Part shown: positions 18,042-27,385 of the stretch, piece after piece
How the letters are laid out: every line of letters begins with the position of its first letter
How positions within the stretch are numbered: the first letter of the stretch is position 1
Made by a program: the position numbers and the translations under genes
Virus record (IMG/VR): IMGVR_UViG_3300023174_000057
Coordinates: 1 to 64,000 of that record
Direction: 5' to 3' (one strand)
DNA: 64,000 nucleotides
From: a virus
The notes under the pieces: model-generated
What the model was told of the DNA's origin: nothing
The model's input: the letters and a program-made list of their open reading frames with translations, nothing else
The model's database searches: none

Positions 18042-18526
18042 TCTGCCCCGACTGCGGTCTCAAGAGCCCCACACCCACCACGGATTGGCAAACCAAGGCA
18101 GCGTTCGTCTGCGGGGACTGCCTCAAGAAGGCCGTGCCCGAGCCTCCCGGGGGGTGGCCCATTCTCTCCCGCTGGATCAGCCGTGACCGTGGCCGTGGGG
18201 TGTTCGCCCGCGACGACATCGCGCGCGGGACGACGGTCGAGCGGTGCTGGGTGATGCCCCTGTCCGAGGAGGAGTCCCTGCAAACCCTGTCCATGCCCAT
18301 CACCAACCGCTACCTGTTCCCGTGGGTGAACGGGAAGCGGTGCATCATTTCTGGCAGTGGGCTCCTCTACAACTTCGACCGCTCTGACACCACGGGGCGC
18401 GAGCCCAACATTCTGTGTGTGCTGCGGGAAGGGCTCTCAGCCATCGAGTTCCGCGCCATGCGGAACATCAAGTCGGGCGAGGAGCTCACTTGGGACTACG
18501 CCCACGCCGTCACCCGCCCTGCGTGA
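18038..18526 (+). CDS. SET-domain protein with N-terminal CxxC/CxxC
   Basis: GRGVFARDDI, YN...PN, RAMRNIKSGEELTWDY. Confidence 0.85.
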   Translation: MICPDCGLKSPTPTTDWQTKAAFVCGDCLKKAVPEPPGGWPILSRWISRDRGRGVFARDDIARGTTVERCWVMPLSEEESLQTLSMPITNRYLFPWVNGKRCIISGSGLLYNFDRSDTTGREPNILCVLREGLSAIEFRAMRNIKSGEELTWDYAHAVTRPA

Positions 18527-18557
18527 CTCGGTAGATGCCCTATGCCCCGTGCGGGGC

Positions 18558-19040
18558 ATGAGCGATACCGTGTACATCCTCAAGAACCACAACGGCAAGG
18601 TTCTCGCGCGGCACACCGACGTGAAGAAGCTGGCCGACGAGATGCTCAAGTACGAGGCCCAGACGGGGAACCGCACCCTCATCGAGGTACTGGAGACCCC
18701 GACAAAGAGAGCCTCGTTGAGAGTTCCCCCTCAAGTAACCGCACTCGCAAAGGAGTTCATGGCCGGTTACGGGCTCAGGGGAACCCCCGAGGTGGACTAC
18801 ACCCCGATGGCGTTAACCTTCGTATTCCCGAACTGGTTGGGCACCTTGAAGGATCTGCGGGATGCCATCGAAGGGCGGACGCATCGAAGGGGTAACACTT
18901 TCGAGGATCATTTTCGTGAAGCCATCGACGGCGAGGAGTACGTCGTCGGGGACAACCCAAGTTTCGCCGTCCGCGGCACCGACGCCGTAGTGGTGTTTCC
19001 CCTTCGCCCCTACGACCCGGACGAAGACGCCCCTCTCTGA
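18558..19040 (+). CDS. hypothetical late protein
   Basis: Class II motif identical to that at 15781. Confidence 0.7.
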   Translation: MSDTVYILKNHNGKVLARHTDVKKLADEMLKYEAQTGNRTLIEVLETPTKRASLRVPPQVTALAKEFMAGYGLRGTPEVDYTPMALTFVFPNWLGTLKDLRDAIEGRTHRRGNTFEDHFREAIDGEEYVVGDNPSFAVRGTDAVVVFPLRPYDPDEDAPL

Positions 19041-19080
19041 CTACCCCCGACCGTTGATTGCCTTATACCCCGTGCGGGGC

Positions 19081-20001
19081 ATGAGCACCCTGCGATCCTC
19101 CCTCATTCGGCTGGCTCACCAGCAGCCGCATCTCCGTCCGCAGCTTCTCCCTCTCCTCAAGGCGGCGCGCGTCACCCAAGAACTCATCCGGGTGAAGTAC
19201 GTCAACCTTGGGGACTTCGGCGGGACCGACCCCGTGGAAGACTCTTGGGTGCTGGATGTCGCTGGGCCGACGTTCGACTACCGTGACGAGCTCAAGCGTC
19301 TGGGCTTCCGTTGGAACTCAGCCAGCAAGGTTTGGAGCATCGACGCGACGCTGTACAAGTACGGCGGGCGGCGCAACGCGGAGTTCTACAAGAACCGCAA
19401 GCTCCAAGAAGCTGCCTTCCCGGTGGTGCAAACCCTCGCCAAGAAGCACAACGAGGCGGCAGAGGCGTTCAACCGTGGGGTCCGTCCCGGTGGTGGCGGT
19501 GGTGGCGGTGACGACCGCGAGGTCGTCGAGCACTGGCAGCGGCTTGAACGGATGCAGCCCAAGCTGGAGGCGGCGGGGCTCAAGGTCGAGCACACCTACC
19601 CCGGTCGCTACGACGTGACCGAGGGCACAGTGACCGTGAGCGGCAACACCTACCCGTTCGTCGCGGTCATGAAGAAGTACGGGTGGAAGTGGAACCCGTC
19701 GAAGAAGGCGTGGCAGATCCCGGTTCCCGAGTACCACGCGATCCAAGACAAGTGGATGAGTGACATCGTGCGGGAGCTCCCGAGTCGTCCCGAGCCCGTG
19801 GTGTCCGCCGTGTTCTCGGAGATGAGCCAGCGTGAGCTCGCGGACTGGGTGGGCAGTCACTACGGCTACGAAGACCTCACGCAAGACGGCGAGCAGGACG
19901 CGAAGGTGGGGATCGCCCGCTACATGGCCTACCTCAAGGGCTTGAGCCCGAAGGACCAGCAGAGCTTCTACGAGAAGCAAAACCGCCTCTACGGGCGCTG
20001 A
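19081..20001 (+). CDS. tag-bearing protein with two GxxWnxxxKxW modules
   Basis: MSTLRSSLIRLAHQQPHLRPQLLPLLKAAR; LGFRWNSASKVW and YGWKWNPSKKAW. Confidence 0.8.
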   Translation: MSTLRSSLIRLAHQQPHLRPQLLPLLKAARVTQELIRVKYVNLGDFGGTDPVEDSWVLDVAGPTFDYRDELKRLGFRWNSASKVWSIDATLYKYGGRRNAEFYKNRKLQEAAFPVVQTLAKKHNEAAEAFNRGVRPGGGGGGGDDREVVEHWQRLERMQPKLEAAGLKVEHTYPGRYDVTEGTVTVSGNTYPFVAVMKKYGWKWNPSKKAWQIPVPEYHAIQDKWMSDIVRELPSRPEPVVSAVFSEMSQRELADWVGSHYGYEDLTQDGEQDAKVGIARYMAYLKGLSPKDQQSFYEKQNRLYGR

Positions 20002-20014
20002 AGGAGCTCCTCCC

Positions 20015-20833
20015 GTGAACCTGCGATCCAAGGTCATCCGCCTCGCCCATGCCCAGCCCGGTCTCCGTCCTCTCCTCCTGCCCCTCCTCAAGACGGCGGG
20101 GGACGTGATCCCGTTCGCGGGTCGCGCTCCTCGCAACTCGCACACGGTGACCCTCGCGGGTGACAAGTACGTCCTGTCCACCCATTCGGGCGGGATGATG
20201 GGCGACCTCATGGAGCTCCCCGAGGAAGCCGAGGAAGGGGCGCGCATCATCCACGTTCGTCCCGAGGACCCGTGGAAGTACCTCTGGGCCTACGACACGG
20301 ACCATCAAGTTCTGGCCATGTGGCGGGTGTCGGACGGGAACGAAAAGGAGTACGGGTCTGCTAGGTCACAGACGGCGCTGTTGGTGAAGCTCGACAAGAA
20401 GGGCGAGCTCAACCGGGTGACGGGTGCCCAGTTCCGATCCATCGAGACGGCGATGCGCGCCCAAGACGAAGCCCACACACGGTCGCTGGAGCAGTGGGTC
20501 GAGGAGACCAAGACCACCTCCCAGCGGGACGTGGACGCCCTCGTGCGGGAGTACTTCGACACGAAGGTCCGCCCCGCGATGGACCGTGCCGTCCGTGACG
20601 TTGAGCAGGGTGTGATCCCGCTGGGCTTCAAGGCCAACCCCGGTGGTTTTCCGGTCGATAGGCAGATGAAGTCCTACGTCACGGGGAAGCTGTACGAGAA
20701 GCTCCTCGACCTCGACGTGATCGACGCCTACGTCCGGTCGCAGGGCGTGGACCTCGACGCGATTGACAGCCAAGCAACCCAGTGGGCGCGGGACGACGTG
20801 TGGTTCGACTACCTCAAGTCCGTCCTGCGCTGA
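20015..20833 (+). CDS. tag-bearing hypothetical protein
   Basis: MNLRSKVIRLAHAQPGLRPLLLPLLKTAG. Confidence 0.8.
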   Translation: MNLRSKVIRLAHAQPGLRPLLLPLLKTAGDVIPFAGRAPRNSHTVTLAGDKYVLSTHSGGMMGDLMELPEEAEEGARIIHVRPEDPWKYLWAYDTDHQVLAMWRVSDGNEKEYGSARSQTALLVKLDKKGELNRVTGAQFRSIETAMRAQDEAHTRSLEQWVEETKTTSQRDVDALVREYFDTKVRPAMDRAVRDVEQGVIPLGFKANPGGFPVDRQMKSYVTGKLYEKLLDLDVIDAYVRSQGVDLDAIDSQATQWARDDVWFDYLKSVLR

Positions 20834-20848
20834 TAAGAAACCCAACAC

Positions 20849-21130
20849 ATGAGCACTCTTCGTTCCAAGGTCATCCGGCTCGCGCACCAGCGTCCAGAGT
20901 TCCGCCCCCACCTTCTCCCTCTCCTGAAGGAAGCGGCTATGCCCCCTGCGGACCGAAAGAAGAAGGTTGCCGAGATTTTCAAGAGGTTCAAAGGGATCGG
21001 TGATGGGATGGTCCGTGGCGGGAAGCACAAGATCATGCTCGCCGTCGAGGGTTACAACACCGTAGTGCTGGAAGACGCCACCGACGAGGAGATCGACCGC
21101 ATTTACGCGAAGTACATCCTCAAACTCTGA
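20849..21130 (+). CDS. tag-bearing small protein
   Basis: MSTLRSKVIRLAHQRPEFRPHLLPLLKEAA. Confidence 0.8.
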   Translation: MSTLRSKVIRLAHQRPEFRPHLLPLLKEAAMPPADRKKKVAEIFKRFKGIGDGMVRGGKHKIMLAVEGYNTVVLEDATDEEIDRIYAKYILKL

Positions 21131-21145
21131 AGGAACCTCTCACCC

Positions 21146-22090
21146 ATGAATATCCTGCTGCAACTTCTCGCCATCCTCCGCGCCCTTCAGTGGTCGCACC
21201 AGACCGCCCACTGGAAGGTCCGTGGCGAGCCGTTCTACGGCGACCACCTGCTCTTCCAGAAGCTCTACGAGGCCGTGGGCGAGGAGATCGACACGCTGGC
21301 CGAGAAGATCGTCGGGATCTACGGCCCGGGCGCGATCACGAACCTGTCGGTGATCTCAGACACGCACCAGTTCATCGCGAACCACGCGGCGACGGGGGCG
21401 GGTGACAGTTCGTACCAGTGCGCCCTCCAGATGGAGGAGCACCTCCAGCGGGCGCTCAAGCTCGCCTACGACGAGCTCAAGGCCAGCGGGGAGATGTCCC
21501 TCGGCCTCGACGACTTCCTCATGGCGACGGCGAACGCTCACGAGACGGCGCTGTACCTGCTCCGTCAGCGCAACCGCCCCAAGGCGGCGAGCGCGAAGAC
21601 CGCTGCCTACGGTGACGAGGGTCGCACGGCGGCGGACCGCCTCGCGGCAATCCAGCAGCCCAAGGGCTACAAGCCCGTGTACGAGGGGAACGCGATGGCC
21701 GTCCCGTTGACGTGGGGCACCTCGGGCAAGATGGTCCCCTACGACGTAGCCAAGTACATGGCACCGCTGTTCGACGCGGCGAAGGGTGGAGTGGCCTACG
21801 TCCTCGACCAGAACAAGGTGTTCACGGCGGCGGGCCTCGCTGCGGTCGAGAAGGCACTTGAACAACGCATCGCGGACGATTACGGGGAGCAGTACGCGAT
21901 GGACTCGGAGTACCTCCAAGGCAACGACACGCCCAACGCCGAGATCGCTCTGACCATCTCGGGCGAGCAGGCAGATATGGCTCGCAAGGTGAAGGTGAAG
22001 ATCACTCCGATCACCTCGCCTACGTCTGGCAAGGCTGGCCTCAAGGTGGTGTTCAACCCCACCCACGATCAGATCGAGGCGATCCGCTAG
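21146..22090 (+). CDS. Dps/ferritin-like N-terminal domain fused to an unknown domain
   Basis: HQTAHWKVRGEPFYGDHLLFQKLYE...IDTLAEK; KTAA and RTAA in the linker. Confidence 0.75.
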   Translation: MNILLQLLAILRALQWSHQTAHWKVRGEPFYGDHLLFQKLYEAVGEEIDTLAEKIVGIYGPGAITNLSVISDTHQFIANHAATGAGDSSYQCALQMEEHLQRALKLAYDELKASGEMSLGLDDFLMATANAHETALYLLRQRNRPKAASAKTAAYGDEGRTAADRLAAIQQPKGYKPVYEGNAMAVPLTWGTSGKMVPYDVAKYMAPLFDAAKGGVAYVLDQNKVFTAAGLAAVEKALEQRIADDYGEQYAMDSEYLQGNDTPNAEIALTISGEQADMARKVKVKITPITSPTSGKAGLKVVFNPTHDQIEAIR

Positions 22091-22773
22091 CGCACCTTGG
22101 TCTTGTAGCCTCGCAGATCACCGATCTGCACCAAATACCCCCCGTTGTTCCGCTCCTTGTACTCCAGCCGGAACGGCTTCACGCCGGGGGGGAGCCCGTA
22201 TTTCTCAATGGCCTGACGGTGGAGCTCTGCCCAGAACGCCCATCCCCTGCGACTGCGCGGGTCGTGGAGGACCACGTTCTTGGCGGCGCGGGCGATCTGC
22301 CACCTGTAGTGCATGGCCGAGTTGTGGTAGTACTCCTTCACCGAGGGGGGTTCCTTTTGGCCCCACCCGCTGGTGGGGGCTTCCATCAGTCCCGCAGTGG
22401 CGACGACGGCTATCTCGACGTAGGGGTCGTTGGGTTGCAGGGGTTCGCGCTTGTACTTCCGGGCGAAGGTCTTGATGTACAGGGACGCCCGGTAGAGCTC
22501 CTTGGGGGACGCGCTCGCCCACACGAGGCACTCGCGCCCGCGCTTGGTGAGGGCTCCCTCACTGTCTAGGTGAGCCCCCATGATGTGGCTGAAGAGATTC
22601 CCCCGGTACAACTGGTCCCCACGGTAGATCCCGGGGAAGGGCGTGCCCGACAGGTAGTTGATGCCGTGGAAGAGCCAGAAGTCGTAGCCGACGTTCCGGT
22701 CATTGGCGGCGAACGCCTCGTAGGTTCGCATCGACCGCTGGAAGGGACCGCGCTTGTGGACTCCCTTGGGCAC
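22087..22773 (-). CDS. hypothetical protein
   Basis: Long ORF with TATA motif upstream. Confidence 0.6.
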   Translation of the reverse strand: MPKGVHKRGPFQRSMRTYEAFAANDRNVGYDFWLFHGINYLSGTPFPGIYRGDQLYRGNLFSHIMGAHLDSEGALTKRGRECLVWASASPKELYRASLYIKTFARKYKREPLQPNDPYVEIAVVATAGLMEAPTSGWGQKEPPSVKEYYHNSAMHYRWQIARAAKNVVLHDPRSRRGWAFWAELHRQAIEKYGLPPGVKPFRLEYKERNNGGYLVQIGDLRGYKTKVR

Positions 22774-22794
22774 GCAGGACTATACGGGCGGTGG

Positions 22795-23274
22795 TTACCG
22801 TCGTCGGGACCTCCCTCGATGGCGGTCCAAGGCGTACACGGCCACGGGAGGGGCAACGGGTGCCCCGGCGATGAACGCCTCGCGGTTGTACAGGGACACC
22901 ATGCGACGAACGGTGTCCGCCTCGCGGATAGAGTACAGGTCGGGGCGGCACCCGTTGCCGTGGTGGTAGTGGCCCAACAGCATGGGGATCTGTCGGCACA
23001 TGGCGCGCGACCGACGCAGGATGCGTAGGGACGCGAGGGCATCGTCCAGCATCGTGCGGTGACCGCTGCGATTGACGGAGGAGATCCCGAAGGGGATGCC
23101 CCGTCGTCCGAAGCCCGTCTCGTACAGGGACACCGTGAGAAGCAGAGCTTGCTCCTGCGGGTCACTGGTGGCCTCAACCACAGTGCGCGCGACGGACTCC
23201 AGCCGTTCGTGGGGTTCACGCCGCGCGAAGGAGAGCATCACAGCAAGCCAAAGAGAAACAATGATGTCGGTCAT
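22795..23274 (-). CDS. exported lysozyme/SLT-like protein (tentative)
   Basis: Hydrophobic N-terminus, YETGF (ExxF) and YHHG. Confidence 0.4.
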   Translation of the reverse strand: MTDIIVSLWLAVMLSFARREPHERLESVARTVVEATSDPQEQALLLTVSLYETGFGRRGIPFGISSVNRSGHRTMLDDALASLRILRRSRAMCRQIPMLLGHYHHGNGCRPDLYSIREADTVRRMVSLYNREAFIAGAPVAPPVAVYALDRHRGRSRRR

Positions 23275-23330
23275 GGGGGAGTCTTTCTCCGCGCCGACCC
23301 CTGTCACCTTCCCCCCACGGTAAAATCCCG

Positions 23331-24875
23331 GTGATGAAGGTGCTCAGTGGCAAGCGCGCGTTGGTGACCCTCACGCGCGGTATGTCGGAACTGGCAAGGC
23401 TGGTGTCAGTCACCTATGGGCCGCATGGGTCCAAGGTGGGTGTCGCGAAGCAAGGAAGAGTGCTGGTGACGACCGATGGGTCGGCGTTGGCGCGTGAGAC
23501 TCGGTTCAAGGGTGACGAGAGACTTGGGGTGTCCTTGGTTCGGGCAGCGACCTCCGTGGTGGAAGGGGGAGCGGGGGACGGTACAAGCACGACGGTGCTG
23601 TTGGCAAATGCCCTCGTCCAAGCCGCTCTGGATCATCACACCCCCCGGACTTGGAACCCGAGGGCTCTCGTCCAAGAAGTGCGCTCGTACCTCCCCGCCG
23701 TCGAAAGTCTACTCACCGAGATCTCCCGGTCGCCCACCGAGACCATCCTCCACCGTGTCGCCCAGATGTCCTCCCACGGCGACGACATGGTGGTGGAGGC
23801 CGTGGTGCCAGCGGTCCTACGGGTGGGGGAGACGGGCACGGTGCTGGCGCAGCCCGGTGAGGGTGTGGGCATCGAGCAGGACTACCGAGACGGGCTGGTG
23901 CTCGACGTGGGTTGGGCGGCGCACTCGATGGGACGGGGTGACGGCACCGACCGGGTGTTCGACGGCCCGATGGTGGCCGTGGTGAACCGACCGCTGTCCT
24001 CGTTTGATGACGTGCGGAGCTTGATGGAGGAGGCGTCACAGTGGCCCGGGCGCGGGCTGGTGCTCTTCTGCCCGAAGATCGCCGGGGACGCCCTTGCCAC
24101 GTTGGTGATGAACGACGCGCAGGGGGTGCTCCCCTGCATCGCGGTGAGGTACCTCAACCCCTCCCTCTACGAGGTCCACGATTGGATGGAGGACGTGGCG
24201 ACGGTCACCAATGCCACGAATCTCGGTCTTGAAAGCGGTGACGACCACCGGGAGTTCCGAGCGGAGTGGTTGGGGAGCGCCCGCAAGATCACCGTGGGGC
24301 GGGATCGCACGGAGATTCTTTCGTACCCCGACGCGGGCGACCGTATCGGTGCGAGAGTTGAAGAACTCCTTCGTCGCGCGGCGGACACCACCTCCGACTT
24401 TGACCGGGACAGGTACAGGTCACGCGCAGCGGCGATGGACGGGGGTCTCTGCATCCTCAAGGTCGGCGGGCACACCACCCCGGAGGCAGTGGAGCGTCGC
24501 TCGCGCGTCGAGGACACCCTGCACGCTGTACGGGAAGCCCTCACGTCGGGGGTGGTGCCGGGAGCGGGGCGCGCTCTGCACTTCGCCGCGTCACAGCCTG
24601 AGCTCCAAGAAACGCTGGGGGGTCGAGTGCTCGCCCGTGCGCTGGAGGAGCCCTTGAGAGTCCTGTGCGACCGTGCGGGCACTTCGTTCAACACCCTCCC
24701 CGCGCTTCCCGACGACGACCCTTGGGTGGGGTGGTGCCCGGTGCGGGGGACGGTGACGGACTTCTGGGAGACCCCTGCGGTGATCGACCCCGTGGGAGTG
24801 GTGAAGAGTTCCCTCCGTGCGGCGATGTCCGTGGCGTGCGAGGTGCTGCTCACGGAAGTCGTCCTCGTCCGCTGA
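23331..24875 (+). CDS. groEL: GroEL-like chaperonin
   Basis: TYGPHG, VTTDG, GDGTSTT, LKVGG, GVVPGAG, VIDP. Confidence 0.9.
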   Translation: MMKVLSGKRALVTLTRGMSELARLVSVTYGPHGSKVGVAKQGRVLVTTDGSALARETRFKGDERLGVSLVRAATSVVEGGAGDGTSTTVLLANALVQAALDHHTPRTWNPRALVQEVRSYLPAVESLLTEISRSPTETILHRVAQMSSHGDDMVVEAVVPAVLRVGETGTVLAQPGEGVGIEQDYRDGLVLDVGWAAHSMGRGDGTDRVFDGPMVAVVNRPLSSFDDVRSLMEEASQWPGRGLVLFCPKIAGDALATLVMNDAQGVLPCIAVRYLNPSLYEVHDWMEDVATVTNATNLGLESGDDHREFRAEWLGSARKITVGRDRTEILSYPDAGDRIGARVEELLRRAADTTSDFDRDRYRSRAAAMDGGLCILKVGGHTTPEAVERRSRVEDTLHAVREALTSGVVPGAGRALHFAASQPELQETLGGRVLARALEEPLRVLCDRAGTSFNTLPALPDDDPWVGWCPVRGTVTDFWETPAVIDPVGVVKSSLRAAMSVACEVLLTEVVLVR

Positions 24876-24915
24876 TTCTTGGTTACAGATGGTGGGGTGC
24901 CACCGTGGTGCTGGC

Positions 24916-25131
24916 ATGAGCTACAACCCCCGCACCCGCTACGCCATCAACACTCTCACCTTTGAGTTCAAGGGCGCGGTTGAGACCGTTCGCTGGACCT
25001 ACGAGCGGGACGAGGACGGCGTCTACGAGATCCCCGTGGGCGTCCCTTCCTTGATCCCCCCGGAGTATTACCGGGCGATGTGGGCCGCTATTCATGCGGC
25101 GGCGGCGGTCACCCCTCCCGTGCGGGTGTGA
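24916..25131 (+). CDS. hypothetical protein
   Basis: Behind a class I motif at 24874. Confidence 0.6.
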   Translation: MSYNPRTRYAINTLTFEFKGAVETVRWTYERDEDGVYEIPVGVPSLIPPEYYRAMWAAIHAAAAVTPPVRV

Positions 25132-25186
25132 GTCACCGCCCACGGTAGCCTTGTTCCGTTGTACGGCTATAGAACGGAACAGGTAA

Positions 25187-26167
25187 ATGCGTGGGCTAAC
25201 GCTTCGACTCACCAACATCTCAGCGTCGCCCTTGGCGCTGGCGGACCTTCCCAGCCAAACGATCTTGGGGCCGGGGGAGACGCGGGAGCTCCTTTACACC
25301 AGCGAGGTGCAGGTATCGCTGGAGTACGGTTCGATCAACGGGTACCTCGTCTCGGGACGGGTCACGGTCCAGTTCGTCTCGGGCACCGTTCTCAACCAAG
25401 CGCCCGTTGGCCGTACCTACATCGGGGCGACGCCTTCGACGGAAGGGGGGCGAGGGCTCGTACCCCCCGCCGCCATCGCTGACCGAGAAGGTCACCTCAA
25501 AGCCGACGGGACGTGGACGAAGATCACCCCCGCCGCCATCGGGGCAATTCCGCAGTCCCTTCTCACGGCGCAAGGCGACACCCTGTTCCGTGGGGTGACG
25601 ACGACGCAGCGGTTGCCCCTCGGCACGCTGGGGCAGGTGTACCGGGCGGGGGTGGTGAACCCGGAATGGTTGGACGCCGCGAAGGCGGGGTTGCTGTCCG
25701 CCCGCCCGCTTCCCGGCCCCACGCTGGCGGGAGTTCTGTACTGGGCGACGGACCAGCCCCCCGGCAGTCAGCTTTCCATCTGCTACTTCAACGGCAGCGG
25801 CTACGCTTGGTTGAACCTCAGCACGGGCGGCGGCGGCGGTGGAAACACCAACACCGTCGTGGTCGATTTCGACTACAGTGACACGTCACCGTTGGTTGTG
25901 GGTGTGGTCACGGCGGGGATGCACCTAGACCGGGCGCTGGTGTCCGTGACGGGTGCTTGGAACGGGGCGGCACCCACGGTGACTTTCGGCACCGTATCTT
26001 CGCCTTCCCTTCTATTGGCCTCCCTAGATGTAGACCTGACCTCGGTCGGTCAGTACGAATCGGGCGAGCTCAATACGTTCGCCTCGGGGGGCAATCTGAT
26101 CCTCACGATCACCCCCAACGGGTCCACGTCAGGTACGGGGACTCTGCTCTTCACCCTCGTAAGCTGA
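25187..26167 (+). CDS. putative virion structural protein
   Basis: Thr/Gly/Ser-rich beta composition; GLVPP...HLKADGTW fibre-type motif. Confidence 0.6.
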   Translation: MRGLTLRLTNISASPLALADLPSQTILGPGETRELLYTSEVQVSLEYGSINGYLVSGRVTVQFVSGTVLNQAPVGRTYIGATPSTEGGRGLVPPAAIADREGHLKADGTWTKITPAAIGAIPQSLLTAQGDTLFRGVTTTQRLPLGTLGQVYRAGVVNPEWLDAAKAGLLSARPLPGPTLAGVLYWATDQPPGSQLSICYFNGSGYAWLNLSTGGGGGGNTNTVVVDFDYSDTSPLVVGVVTAGMHLDRALVSVTGAWNGAAPTVTFGTVSSPSLLLASLDVDLTSVGQYESGELNTFASGGNLILTITPNGSTSGTGTLLFTLVS

Positions 26168-26189
26168 ACCCTCACAGGAGACACGGATC

Positions 26190-27077
26190 ATGGCAAACTA
26201 CAGCAAGCTCGCTGGAAACATCGGCGCGGATTTTCAGATCGACAAGACGGGCGTCAGCAGCCTCGGGGGCGGCTCGGGTCCCGGCCCTCAACTCGGTCAC
26301 GTCAGCGGCGACCTCGTCGTCGCCACGGATCTGACCACGCTTCCGGGCAGTCTCAGCCAGATCATCGCGCAGCACGTTTCGTCGGCGTCGCAGAACGGGA
26401 ACACCCTCACGACGTTCCAGATGTACCAGCAGAGGTTCGTCCTCGCTGATAGCTTCAGCGGCGGGTCCGTTCCCAACAACTCCGCGACGATGCAGTTCCT
26501 CGTCTGCCACACGGCGAGCGGGTCTTGGGATGTGGGGGACATCGCCTTCGACAACGGTCTGAACGACAGTAGCCCCGTCATCCGTATCCAGATCCAGAAC
26601 GGCTACCTCGTCACGATCCACGGATCGAACATCACGGCGGCGGGCTCGCTCCCGACCCTCGCGGCGAACTCGGCGTACATCTGGGACGGGTCGGCCTTCC
26701 AGACGTTCATCTCGGGTTACACGGGCATCTCCAAGGTCATCCGCGTTCCCTTCGTTACCGCCGACTTCCCCGGCACCAAGGTTTCGACTGCCGAGATCCC
26801 CGCCGACGCCACGATTCTCCGTTCGCGCGTTCGCGTCTACAACGGTGGCACTTTCAGCGCGGGCACCGTCACGGTGGGCTACACGGGCAGCGCAGCGGTG
26901 CTCATGGCGACCACGGACAGCGACCTCACCACGGCGGGCAACTTCATTGTCGAAGGCACCACGGGCAACGCCGACTGGGATTCGAGCTCCCACCCCGTGC
27001 TGCTCACCCTCGCGGGTGCCCCGGCTCCCGGCGGCGCTGGCGAAGTCATTGTCGAGTACGTTGACCCTGATGTCTGA
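26190..27077 (+). CDS. putative virion structural protein
   Basis: AGGAG SD; C-terminal domain resembles that of the previous gene. Confidence 0.6.
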   Translation: MANYSKLAGNIGADFQIDKTGVSSLGGGSGPGPQLGHVSGDLVVATDLTTLPGSLSQIIAQHVSSASQNGNTLTTFQMYQQRFVLADSFSGGSVPNNSATMQFLVCHTASGSWDVGDIAFDNGLNDSSPVIRIQIQNGYLVTIHGSNITAAGSLPTLAANSAYIWDGSAFQTFISGYTGISKVIRVPFVTADFPGTKVSTAEIPADATILRSRVRVYNGGTFSAGTVTVGYTGSAAVLMATTDSDLTTAGNFIVEGTTGNADWDSSSHPVLLTLAGAPAPGGAGEVIVEYVDPDV

Positions 27078-27385
27078 TCCTCGCGGCCCCTAACGGCCCT
27101 ATCGCGCCCCCGTGTGTAACCCACACGGGGGCGTTCGGGTCGCACCTGTTGACCGTAGGGCTAGAGTACATCGTCTCGACCTACTACGGAGGCGGGTACA
27201 ACACGGCCACCGCGCTGACGCTCTCCTTGCCGCAGTCGTTCCCCAACTACGATGTGACGGCTGGGTTTGTTGGTAACGGGGGCGGCGACAGCTACCCGAG
27301 TGGTTCGCCTCAAGCATTCGGGAACTACGTCGAGCCGCTGTTCGCGTAGACCTGCGTTTCCCGCCCTATACCCCGCCGCCTTGCG

